Part shown: one piece after another, positions 38,876-50,367 of the stretch
Position numbering within the stretch: position 1 is the stretch's first letter
How the letters are laid out: the number at the start of each line of letters is the position of its first letter
From: Tubulanus polymorphus
Taxonomy: Eukaryota > Animalia > Nemertea
Length of the DNA: 64,000 nt
Assembly: GCF_964204645.1 (NCBI RefSeq)
Contig: NC_134027.1
Location: 12,680,485 to 12,744,484 of the forward strand
Reading direction: 5' to 3'
Translations under genes and position numbers: made by a program
Notes under the pieces: generated by a model
What the model was told of the DNA's origin: nothing
Databases searched by the model: none
What the model saw: the letters and a program-made list of their open reading frames with translations, nothing else

Positions 38876-39227
38876 GTTTTATGGCTAAATAGCATATCAT
38901 AATCAAAATGGTGCAGACGTGAAAAGGAATTATTCTACCCCTCCCTTGTCATTCTCCCTCGGCTCGGATTTGAACCTGATGGCATCGCTACACTCAGCCA
39001 CGGCACGAACCCCTGCCACACTAGACTGGGTGCGCAGGTAGGCCTACATGTGCAGCTTTGCCGCACGAAAACTTGCGACACCAATCAAATAACTCATTGT
39101 ATAAACGCTGAGGTAATTTCCTGGAAGAATTATGGGAAAACCCGGGCTAAAATAAAACGGGATATCTGAGTCAGCACAAACTCCTAGTTACATATAGGCT
39201 AGTATTCATGGTACTCCAAGTTTTACC

Positions 39228-40045
39228 ATGATGAAAGTAATGATAATACCAATCTTTTGGTCACTAAATAAACAACTTATCTTTAAATACAATAATAAAA
39301 TTAGTAACATATTGATTAATAACAAACCGAAAACCGAATACCTAAACTGTGGAATTTATAAAATACCTTGTAAAGTTTGCGACAAAGTATATGTAGGAGA
39401 AACAGGTCGGAACCTTAATCAACGCATAAAAGAGCATAAGTTAGATGTTAAAAACTTTAAACCTGAAAGCGGAGTTGCTAGTCATGTATTTCAAACTTCA
39501 CACAATTTTGATTTCGCTAATGCTGAATTAATTTACTCTTGTAGCGATGAAACTAAAAGATATATTTTTGGAATCTGCATTAATAATTGAAAATTCGAAC
39601 AACGTTGTAAACCTTAACAATGGTTTTTCACCCCATAATAAACTTATATCTAAATTCCTCTGTAAACTGGTTAAACTCAACACTTGATTCCCCTTTGATT
39701 ATTCGTTATTTGTTCTCTCATCTATTTTAGTCTCTCAACTTGTATTCACCATTGTTTTAATTTAAGTGCCCACTAGTTTGTCTTTTTACTACTGATTTCA
39801 AGTTCTAATTTATATTTATACTCACTATTGTTGTTTATAATTACCCCTTAGTTTGCTTCCCTTTAATCTATTTTAGCGTGTAACTGTTTCTACATCAATT
39901 TTCCTTTAGTTTGTATCATCTCTGATTACTTGAATTAGTCTCTTTGTCTCTGGATTGTATATATATATCTCATAATTTTTTGTAGTATCTCATTATTCCT
40001 GAAGATGACTATTAGGATATAGTTGAAACGTTGAAATAAACTACT
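39228..40045 (+). mobile_element. Penelope-like retroelement 3' fragment: GIY-YIG endonuclease remnant plus pseudo-LTR with hammerhead core
   Basis: CGIYKIPCKVCDKVYVGETGRNLNQRIKEHK; CTGAAGA-tgactat-tagg-atatagtt-GAAACG at 39999-40030. Confidence 0.88.
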
Positions 40046-41370
40046 ATCTCGATTGAAGTTTCATTTTCGGACATTTTCGTTATAATAAACCATTTTACAG
40101 TTGCTAGCCGCCATTTTGTTAGGGTACTTTTTCCCCGTATTGTTGGGTCATTTTTTTCTCTTTTTTAAAAACCCTCCGTGATGTGTATTGTATCATATTT
40201 CATCTGCCCATGGATGGATTTTGACAGTTTCAGCAACATTCAAACCGCATAAATCTCTAGTTTTCAGTTATGTAAAAATCATTTCTCAAATTTACAACAA
40301 TGCGACATGAGAGCGATATAAAAATCGGTGGTCAGTTTTTGCCGTGCGCATAGAAATCAAGGTTACTGAAATTTGAAGTTCGTTATTTTCAGAAATAATT
40401 TTCTAAAAAATCCAAACATTTCAAGCACTGTGCGCATAAACACCCCCTTTCAGGTGAACTTTGAAATTTTAAGATATCTTTCCTAGTTTTTTTCCTATGG
40501 CACTTTAACTGCAGCGCGTGTATTGTCATTCCGAGATTCGGCACTGTTTTCTTTGCGTGTATTTCAGTATATGGGTGTTATTTCTTCATTTTCACTACAC
40601 TTGTCTCTACGGAAAATGGTTTTAATTGTTGGTATATTTTTCATAGATAATTGAGTTATTTAAGAGAAAAGTTCATTCAGATTTTATTGAAATGTAGAAG
40701 AAAATCAAACGCGGAAGACCAACTATCTACTAGCAAACCTGGCGGATCCTTGCCTGTGATGAGTGGAATCCTCGATTGCCACAGTAGCACTATGAAACAA
40801 TATCAGTTAATGTTGCTAATTTTAGATTGCAATAGATTATCTTTAACTCTAAACATATATACTGATGATGTTTTTCAATCACTTAAGAATATTGCAGTTG
40901 TAAAAGTATTATAGGTAAAGTACGGTTATAATATGTGGTATGAGCCACCAAAAATAGAACTCGCCTATATTATCCAATAATCCACTTCAAACTGATGCAT
41001 TTAGGGATGCATTAGCAAGCATCGGAAATTTAAACGTGTGGTGATAAGTCATCATGAATCATCCCCGTAACAAGAGCTGTATGTTTTAAAATCTTCAATT
41101 TATACTCTTCCCCAGAAACCTTGATGGTCAGGCAAGAATCATGATGAAAGAATGCTAAGGATGATAGCAAACATCAGGACCCCCAAAACGTGGTGTTTAC
41201 AGCCCTGAAAATTGATCTTTAGAAATGCCAATTAAAAATAGGCCTATGTGGTTATGATAGTGAATCAAGGGAAGTTTCTAGTAACAGCGCCACTTTGAGG
41301 CGGTCCTTAAAGGTCCCGCATTGACGTTGTAGGACAGATTTTAGCATTTTTTTGACATTTTAAACTTTAA

Positions 41371-41807
41371 CCCATTAGCCCGGTCTATTAATCCTCAAGC
41401 TGCCCAAATCCCCACAGGCACTTTTTTCGTATGCTGCACGAAAACGGTTATAGTTGGATTCGAACCCAATAGCTTATGATAGACGAGACACCCAAGTCCT
41501 CAAAATACCAAACAGAAATCAACATCAACATCCTCTTATTTCAATTTCTCGAGTATTTCGAGTTTGAACATGACACATCTGAGCGCTCAGTCCAAGTAAG
41601 TTTGGATGAATTTCGGGGGGGGGGGGGGCAAAATGACACGATTTTGGTTGCCCACCTCATCAAATCTTACATCATATGAAACCCTTGACTTTTTACTTCA
41701 AAAATAACACTAACTTGTAATGCATGGAAATAAACAGCAAATGAACTATTCTGTATTTTCTGAGGAGTAATTGACACTACATAGTGCAGTTCCTGAGTGC
41801 TAATGGG
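41371..41807. mobile_element. piggyBac-like MITE
   Basis: TTAA|cccattagc ... gctaatggg|TTAA. Confidence 0.8.
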
Positions 41808-43247
41808 TTAACGCATTTTATCGTCATCCAGTCCCCCTTTGGTCAAATTCAAGTTATGTATCGTTAGAAAGGTGACAATTTCTATTTTCACATTTACAGT
41901 TTTAAAAAAACATGTCACTTTTGACAAGGCGCCTCAAAAATTTAGTAATTTTGTGTCATTGGCTATAATTATTTCAGGATTTGAGATACAATCTAGAACT
42001 TTTCCCTGAAGATACATAGAGATTTATCGAACTAAGAAATTAAATTTTGCCATGATTCGTAAAAATTGAACAGCAATAGAAAGTCGTCGTCTTCGAACGT
42101 AACAACTGCGACATTAAACTTTCGGTACACATAGTATGGCATAAAAAACAAAAATCTAAATAAATTGCCCATGGGCAAAGTGTGGTTTACCTGGAAAGCT
42201 AGAGGTTGTTTGGAGTAAGGGCATTGCTTGAAAAATCTTTTTAATTTGTGACTTCAAAGGTCTAGAAGTTAATGTTGTATTTTATCTTTCTTAAAGAATT
42301 ATTTGTAGTCAAATAAGACCAAAGATAAACATTTGTTTATGGTCTACGTCCAAAATTTCGTAGGGTACAGGTAGGCGTGGCAGGGAAACTATTTCATATT
42401 TTCAAAAAAATTTTTTTCACAATATAAAAAATATTCAAATAAAATTTATATGATGTCACATATCAGAGGGTGGCTGAATATTGAGTCTTTCCAAGACTGA
42501 GGGATTTTCCTTGACGATGGCACGGCACATCATCGACACCTTAAAATACTGTATTTATATCATACACTGGCATATTTTCATTTACTTTAGACACAATAAT
42601 CCATGGATATCCATCACTCATTTTGCACCCGTTGCAAACTCTACTAATGCTACTGAGGTTGTCTTTTGCAGAAATTTCACCATAAACTGTTGCCATTTCT
42701 CAAGGCTGAATAGAATTTTCCCAACACGGAGTGACCTTGAATTTTGTAAGTTTGGTTAAGCGATTTAAATCGTTTTAAGTTGATACAGATCAAAATGCTC
42801 CAAAGACCCAGATGAAAGCAAAAAAAAATCAGGACAATCGTTCTACCACAGACGAACGACGTATTGTTTGGTGGCTACGACCAAATTCTAATCAAATCAA
42901 ACTTTATTGATTGCTGTAATTGCTAGTCATGTCCCCAACTTGCAGAGAGCCTCACTGTACTTTGCTTAATAACTAATGCATAGTAGGCTTCATGCAAATT
43001 ATTGAAGAACTCTCCCTAATTATTCGGCTCATGCTGTACTTCAGAACCAAATAACCACCACAGATTTGATAAAGAATAATCATAATGAAACGTAAATCGC
43101 AAGGGTTTAATGAAAATTAGAAAACAAATTTAGGTTTTCTATGTTTGTTTTCTAAGCGTATTCTATTTGTTTTCACAGGATATCTACATAGAATGACGAT
43201 ATCCTCCAATATATATTTATATGAAATACGACAAAATATATACTTAC

Positions 43248-43249
43248 AG
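43248..43249 (-). CDS. SEPTIN7: Putative 2-nt microexon (CT) bridging phase-1 first exons to phase-0 downstream exons
   Basis: Minus strand reads cactaat...tttttttttctctttc...catatAG|CT|GTAAGT: branch point, pyrimidine tract, about 65-70 nt free of AG, consensus donor; fixes the frame. Confidence 0.55.
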
Positions 43250-44641
43250 CTATATGGATTTGTAAAATTCGTCAACACATGAAAGAGAAAAAAAAACATC
43301 ATTGAATTAGTGCACAATCTTTGAGATTAAATACAGTGAAATGTATCACTCTTAATGCTTAGACCAAAAAAGAATTGATGCGTGGTAATTATTGCCTTAA
43401 ATTTCTTTCAGGGTTGGTAGGTAGGAAAATTATTGTATTTTTTCATATAGATTTTTGTTTGAATATGAATGGGAAACACGCAAAAATAATCTTTCATTAG
43501 AACATGTGGCCTTCAGGTTCCCCACCTTCAAAAAATCCTGGCTCTGCCCTTGAAGAATCAATCAGTGTTGGGACCTTCACTTTTTTATCAAATTAAGCGG
43601 TAATCGGTTTGAAGAACCAGGAGATAAAAACATGAGTTTTACTGAACCTGACGGCAATCTATATCAAAATGGTATATTACACTCATCTCTTTTTATTTCA
43701 ACATCATAGACCATAGCAAGACACTGAGGGGTTGCTTATAATTTATTGAATTTCAGACACAGATCCTTAAATAGTTTTTGAGTTTCTATTTGAAACTCGG
43801 CAACCACTTCTGTTTCTGTTACACTTGAGTAATAGGCCTCATATGAATGCAAGCAGATAGTAAATCAATAGTGTTGTACTGTTGGTGTAGAGCCTGTATG
43901 GTTTGCCTGTTAAGGTTAATTTTTATATCAAATTTACCGAATTAAACGATTAGCGGATAGACGGTACCAGTTAAAGCAGATCCTTCTGCAGATGCGTGCT
44001 AGTAATTAGAACGTAGTGTGCGTGTGTCTGTATTACATTGTTACACTGCTGTCACTCACTACGTGTGTCATGCAAGATACTACATGTATTGATCACATAG
44101 GCCTATACATCAGGCAATCTGACAAATGCATGATTTATGTGAGGTGACCACTACCACAAATCACAATAAGCTGCGTTCACACTTGGATTTCAGTACGGTA
44201 TGACATAGAGCTCAGGCGCGGATCCAGGGCGAAAGTTTAGGGGTAGGCCTAGCACAAAATCAAAAGGGCAGGCAATATTTAAAATAATAAGGGCACTATC
44301 CCCTTCAGATGCAATTTCCAAGCACTTGGGATTCTTTCCACCAAATAAAAACATAGTAATAATTTTCGTGGGCACTAGAGGGTAGCACGTGCCCCGTATG
44401 CTAACCCCTAGATCCGCGCCTGGGGCTATCATTTTTGGTAAAGCCAAACTAGGCTCAAGTCAAACATATATCAACCCATTTGGTAGTGTAAATGGTTGGC
44501 CCGGGATCACGACTAGAGACCTCACTGTGTTCAATCAACCTAAATAAAGTATAGAAGAAAGTTATTTAGAAAGTCGGCCCTATCAGGTATGTCTGAAAGT
44601 TAGGGTTTTAGGGGAGCAGATTACCCAGCCGTGCCATCCTG

Positions 44642-46170
44642 CCTTTAAACATCCTCCCTCAGCAGGGATTTGAACCTTATGGCATCGCTACCAATCAGAT
44701 TGCTTGTTGTATAATTACAGGGTGCACTTGATATTCTGCATGATTATTGTAAAAAGATGAAACTACCTGTGAATTCTGCTAAGACAAAGACAATGAAAAT
44801 TGGGTACCGCAGAAATAACTGAAACCCCCTTTGATGTTTTTATACAATGTCCTACTGGAAGAGGTGTTAACCTTTCAGTACCTTGGCTACTATATCAAAT
44901 AACGGCAAAATGTCTGCTGCAATCAAGTCGTCAAGTCGCAGGCCAACCTACAAGAGCTTGCTTTGGACTCAAGAAGTATTTGCTAAACGCAAGACTCATT
45001 TCACCTAAAACCAAGCTTGATATCTTTGATTCATTAGTGAAATCAGTATTAATGTATGGTAGCCCAATCTGGGCATTTGAAAATGTTAGAATCTGTTCAT
45101 GTCAAATTCTGTAAATACCTACTCAATGTGCACGCCACGACACCGAATGTAATCGTCTACGGTGAACTAGGTTGTTTTCCTCTATTCATAGATATACAAA
45201 TCTTGGCAGCAAAGTTTTGGCTAAAAATTCTGCGGTCACAGGAGAACACTTTTACGCCAAACTTACAATCTACTCTATGGTGAAATTCAGAACAACCCGC
45301 GCACCTGTAACTGGGCTTAAAAAATGCATGACTTCCTTAACGGCCTAGGTGTCGGCAATTATTGCCTGGTGCAAGAAGTTCAAAATGATTGCTTCTTTCT
45401 AAAACTTGTTGAACAAAGGTTGAAAGACCAATACATTCAGTCGTGGAGGGCGACGAAAGAAACCTTGACATTAATGACACAAAAATAGTTAACCTAATCT
45501 CTAAATTCAGATTCGGCATTCGCGATCTTAGGATTGAAACAGGAAGATGGACCAGGCCCTTAACGCTGAGAGAAAACCGCACTTGTACAACTTGCTCCAC
45601 TGACGAAATTGAGGAGGAATATCACGTTCTAATGTCCTGTCCCTCATACAACTCGCTTCGAAGTAATCTCTCACCTCGTTATTTTAGAACACATCCTAGC
45701 ATGGCAAAATTTATTCAACTTCTAACTACTACATGTAATTCAATCAGAAAACTTAGATCTGTTGGAAGATATTCGATTTCAATGTTCAGAAGACAGAGAA
45801 TGCTTCGAGGCGACGAAACCGAGTAAACATAGCTACCCATCAACTTGATATTTCTGTTTTTTCAACATGTAATTTTGTATTAAATTATTTTGTTAAGATT
45901 TGTAATGTTGATTATACGTCATACAAGTGTAGTACACAATTTGATAAAGAATAAACTACTACTATAATATAATCGCTAAGGTAAATTTCACGGAAGAACT
46001 ACCGGTATAATAAATGGGAAAACCCGGGCTAAAATGAAACGGAATAGGCCTATCAGATTGGCTAATAATGACATCATTTAAGCTGCGCACTCAGTCTAGT
46101 ATTTCGTACCGTGGCAATCTCAATGCCATCAGGTTCGAATCCCTGCCAGGGGAGGATGGCCTTTAAAGGA
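44642..46170. mobile_element. MITE with B-box-like (GGTTCGAATCC) inverted arms, hosting a LINE insertion; related copy at about 38940-39170
   Basis: cctttaaa.catcctccc...gcagggatttgaacc..atggcat versus atgccatcaggttcgaatccctgcc.ggggaggatgg..tttaaagg. Confidence 0.55.
44716..45966 (+). mobile_element. 5'-truncated LINE (CR1/L2-group-like) ORF2 C-terminus, frameshifted
   Basis: KLDIFDSLVKSVLMYGSPIW; VYGELG; KFRFGIRDLRIETGRW...RTCTTC...EEEYHVLMSC; AATAAA plus (CTA)n tail. Confidence 0.85.
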
Positions 46171-47616
46171 ATTTCTTTTACTGAAAAACTGCTGGGCAAT
46201 GAGATGAGTAGACTCTGTAGGCCTACAAAGGAACATCAATAAATAAAAACCTTGAATTAATCAAATGATCACTCAAAAATAAAACGGAACTGGATACAAT
46301 GAACTATTGGTTGATAAGCAGATTATCTGGTCCCCTGAAGTTTCCACTGTAAGTGGGCCTAGGGAAGTAACAACTGAAATGTAGGACATATTAAATAAAG
46401 CTAATTGTACCAGGCCTATACAATCATTGAATATGTAATTACACAATGAGGTTTTATACAATGAATAATTAACGATGACAGTAAACATAACAAAGTGAAT
46501 CAATGAGCAATTTTTTCAAATTCAGTTTCAGCACTAATAGGCACATTCTAATTGGAGACATGAAGAATACTAAAAATTTAGGGTACAGATCTTTTACTGA
46601 CCAACTGAATATGTTACCAAACCCAATGCGGGTAAAAGATAACTATACCGAATATTAGGACTTTGAAACCCTACTAAGTCACTAGCTATGTCATTCCTCA
46701 TTGCTGCATTGGCAATCGCTATAATGCTTAATATAATTGGCAATCGCTATAATAACATGAATTAAATTAGGTAGCCTAATGGATTTAAAGTAGTACTGTG
46801 GTACGACAATAATTCAATAACTTCAAAAATTGTTATTATGTACTGAAAGAGAAATCTGGATTTTGGTACAATCAATTTCTAAAATCTGGAATTTCAGATA
46901 AGTCAGGAACTCTGGCATGCCTGTAGGCTGTAGCCCTATCTGCAGTGAAGACCTTTTCAACTTCAATGTAAAGCCCATAGTAGGCAGAGATGGAGAAATC
47001 GATGACTTTGAGCTTCCTCAATGGAATACTCATTATAGAATTAGCTACAACCTTGCTATCCATACCTAGAGTGAGCGACCCACTAGAGAAAGGGTCCAGT
47101 TACAATGATTTTGGTATACTTCAGGCCTATATGAAAACCAAAACGTTGCTTCATAATGTCATTATGAAATCAATCGCACCACTTTTTAATTGAAACATGT
47201 ACAACGGTTTTTAAAACTCAGGTTTAACTTTGCTTTCATTGTGCTGATATAGTTCTCTTATTTCATTTCATTTTCGATAAAACTTGGCTGGAGTTGAGAC
47301 ACTAAGGTATCTACTTTCTAACCTAACAGATGCAAACAAGCTAGGCTACAAAAAGCCTTAGCTGGACACTGGTGAATACCATAAAAATTGTGATGCATCC
47401 AGCATAGGCGCCTAAATTCAGCATACCTATAGCATTATGACTGGGAAGAAGCAAATGAAGCAATGTTGGGCCTTGCAATTTATTCGACACATAAATAATC
47501 ATAATCTACTATCATTGGAATTAGTCATCCAAGCTAGCTTAAGATCATTACAAAAAATCTGACAGCTTATATGAATAAGGCTAACAAGTCATGAATTTTA
47601 CCGGATGTTCACTTAC

Positions 47617-47644
47617 TTAAGTCATCTTCTTCTATTCCACTCAT
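47617..47644 (-). CDS. SEPTIN7: Putative short alternative first coding exon (MSGIEEDDL)
   Basis: aaaATG context, 9 codons plus A, then GTAAGT donor (phase 1). Confidence 0.45.
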
Positions 47645-49977
47645 TTTAATCATGTCATGTAGCAAGATGTACCATTAAGAGTTAAATTAGGCCTAGGCCT
47701 TATATAATTCCAATCACAGAATTTTCAACTACCATGTTGGAGCGCTTTAAGATACAATAGTCCTATGTCTCTCCTGGAGAAGCAATGGCTTAAACAGCCT
47801 TAATCTGTGTCATCAAATCAGAAATTCGTTCAAGGTGGAATATTCTTAGGCGTATTATTACCTCAATCAATACCTATGTACCAAAATAGAATAAAATGGG
47901 CCTGAAATAACTTCATGTTTTCCACATTCAACAGCATTATACAGTAGTAGGTCTATTAATGTTTATTCATATCAAACCCTAATGGCACCTGCCAATTTGG
48001 TTTGAAAATGTCTACTGTTGCCTGATGAGCAAATTCATTGAAAAGTACATATTTCACAATAGCATAACTCAGTCTAAACACCTCCAATTTTGATGCTTTG
48101 CATACAAAATGGAAGATAATTGCATGTTCATATAAAATTTGACAAGTTTTGATGAATTATACAACACGTGTAGGGGCCTACACGCCATCAAGGCCAGATT
48201 GATAATATCCCCAAAAATCCTGTTAAAAAAATTAAGGGGTCTAGGGACACCATGTCCACTTAATGATATGTTAAAAATATCGCAATAAACACAATTAGAA
48301 ACTAGCCGAATAACCTTGAAACGAATCATAATCTAGAGCATGATATTAGCAACTATTTTCCAATTGATTGTGAACACTAAGTATGCCTAGCAACCATATA
48401 TATTGAGAATTACCATGAATTAAGGACGAGGTTAAAACTTCCAAAAATACCTGGATTCTGTCTACGAATGAATTGACAAATGAAAAGTCTTAAGTTTCAA
48501 GTGGGACTTCGAAGATATTAAGAATTAGACGAGTATGAATTATGTGGGGACATGACTGAATACAGAAAGCAGGAAACCTTCCTATCACTGAAGTGCTTAG
48601 CTTTAAACCTCAGGCGGATGTATCGAGCAAAGGTTTATAGAGATAATCTTGTCCTGCCTTTTCTGTATGCTATTAATAGTTAGACGTGGGGTATGCATTG
48701 GATCATACATAACTAGAGATTGAGAAAGACATGGATGCCTACGAAAAAGACACATGGCTGCTACGAAAAAGACAAACAAGTGAGTCCTTACTTTAAAGGA
48801 CTCAATATGATGCAACTATGCGATGTCAAAATGTGAGACTCAATTTTCCTAATCTTAATCAATAATGGTCGTCACAATCGATAGTGGCAATGAACGTACC
48901 TACCAATGTCTATGTACCGGATGTAAACAATACTTTCTATGAAGGATGGTAAGGAGAAATATTGAAAATTCGCAATTGCCTCACACGCATGATTAAATTC
49001 ATGCAGAAACCAATAATCAACATCCTCTGGATTAGATTTAATTATGCATTTAAGGGAGGTTGATGGTGTTTTCAGGGCTGAAATAAATGCTCAAAGCTTC
49101 ATCCCTCAAAAATTAACTGAGCGAGGCTACCTGACGTACTCTCTCAAGCAAAGTTGAAATAGGCCTACATTATGATGATAAGTACTGGCAACACAAACAG
49201 TACGGCCATTGCAACAAATAGTAATACATCACCACAGGGGTGGGCGATGGGCTTGGATTTTATTTCCGGGTTGCTGATAATCTCATAGGAATGGCGCTAA
49301 ATATGAACTGCAAATAAATTCAAAATATCACGGAAATACCTTGTGTTGAAATTGTTTATTTATCCGATATAAAAGTTCCGAAAAACAATTGGTCATTGAG
49401 GATCATTATCTGACGGTCGCGACGCTTACTGTATAAAACTACAAGGGATGAAACGCCAGGCCTCCGCTGTACTTAAATTTTCTGCCAGAAAGTTGGGACA
49501 GTCACATGACATTCTGATGATGTAATCATGTTTAAAACTTCAACATGAAAGGTTTACATATTCACAGACCGATATTCATTGTCAGATTTTGATTCATATG
49601 AAATTAATAACTAATAAAGAATAAATCATGATCAAATATATAATTTCTAGACAAAAAGATCCATTTGAATGAAAGTTATTGTCAAATATCTTTCGTATTA
49701 TAGTTTTCACCTTTGATGCTTCAGGTTCACATTCACTCAGAGGAGTGTTAAGTCACATGACCGTCCCAACTTTCTGGCTGGCACGACTTGAAGGCGCTTC
49801 ATCCCTTGTAGTTTTTATATAGAAAAGCATTGCGACCGTCTGATACTGATCCTTAACAGCCAATTGTTTATCAGAACTTTATAGCTGATAAATAAACTAA
49901 ACTATACTATAAATAAACTATAATAATACATATAAACACAAGGTATTTCCATGACTAGCCTACCATGATATTTTGAA

Positions 49978-50367
49978 CGAAGTGGCTACTCGTACGGACC
50001 CGTACGAATAATTCCGTAGGCTATTTGTACGCACGCGTACGGATTACTCTGGAATGTTCGGGAAGGGATAGGGTTAGGGTAAGGTGGGGCTATATGTAGT
50101 TAAAACATTTGGCCGACTGTCAGCGAGCTCGGTGGTCTAGTGGTATGATGCTACGCTAGTAATTTACTGACCCGGGTTCGAGTCTCGCTCGATCCGCTCT
50201 ATTTTTCTCTAACTCTATTCTCCACACTTTCCTTGAATTTTCTAAGTCGCGCACCTCTGTACGCATGCACGGCCTTAATCAGCAACAGTTATTAGCGTAC
50301 AGATCCTAGTTCCGTACAAATAGCCTCCAGAGTTAATCCATACGGGTCCGTACGAGTAGCCACAGGG
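49978..50367. mobile_element. Nested Mutator-like MITE (9-bp TSD tattttgaa) with tRNA-like core
   Basis: TIR gtggctactcgtacggacccgta / tacgggtccgtacgagtagccac; TSD at 49969-49977 and 50368-50376. Confidence 0.75.
50122..50197 (+). pseudogene. tRNA-derived segment (A box and B box), not a functional tRNA
   Basis: gctcggTGGTCTAGTGGtatgatgct...GGTTCGAGTC resembles a tRNA-Pro 5' half; anticodon arm degenerate. Confidence 0.55.

Noticed and set aside
44060-44079. 20-nt exon candidate with GTGAGT donor
   Set aside because: No pyrimidine tract before the AG
48792-48815. 24-nt microexon candidate (LHHIESFK)
   Set aside because: It would be entered in phase 1 from exon 54214, giving a TGA stop; weak pyrimidine tract
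50122-50197. Functional tRNA gene
   Set aside because: Acceptor and anticodon stems do not pair properly; it lies inside a MITE
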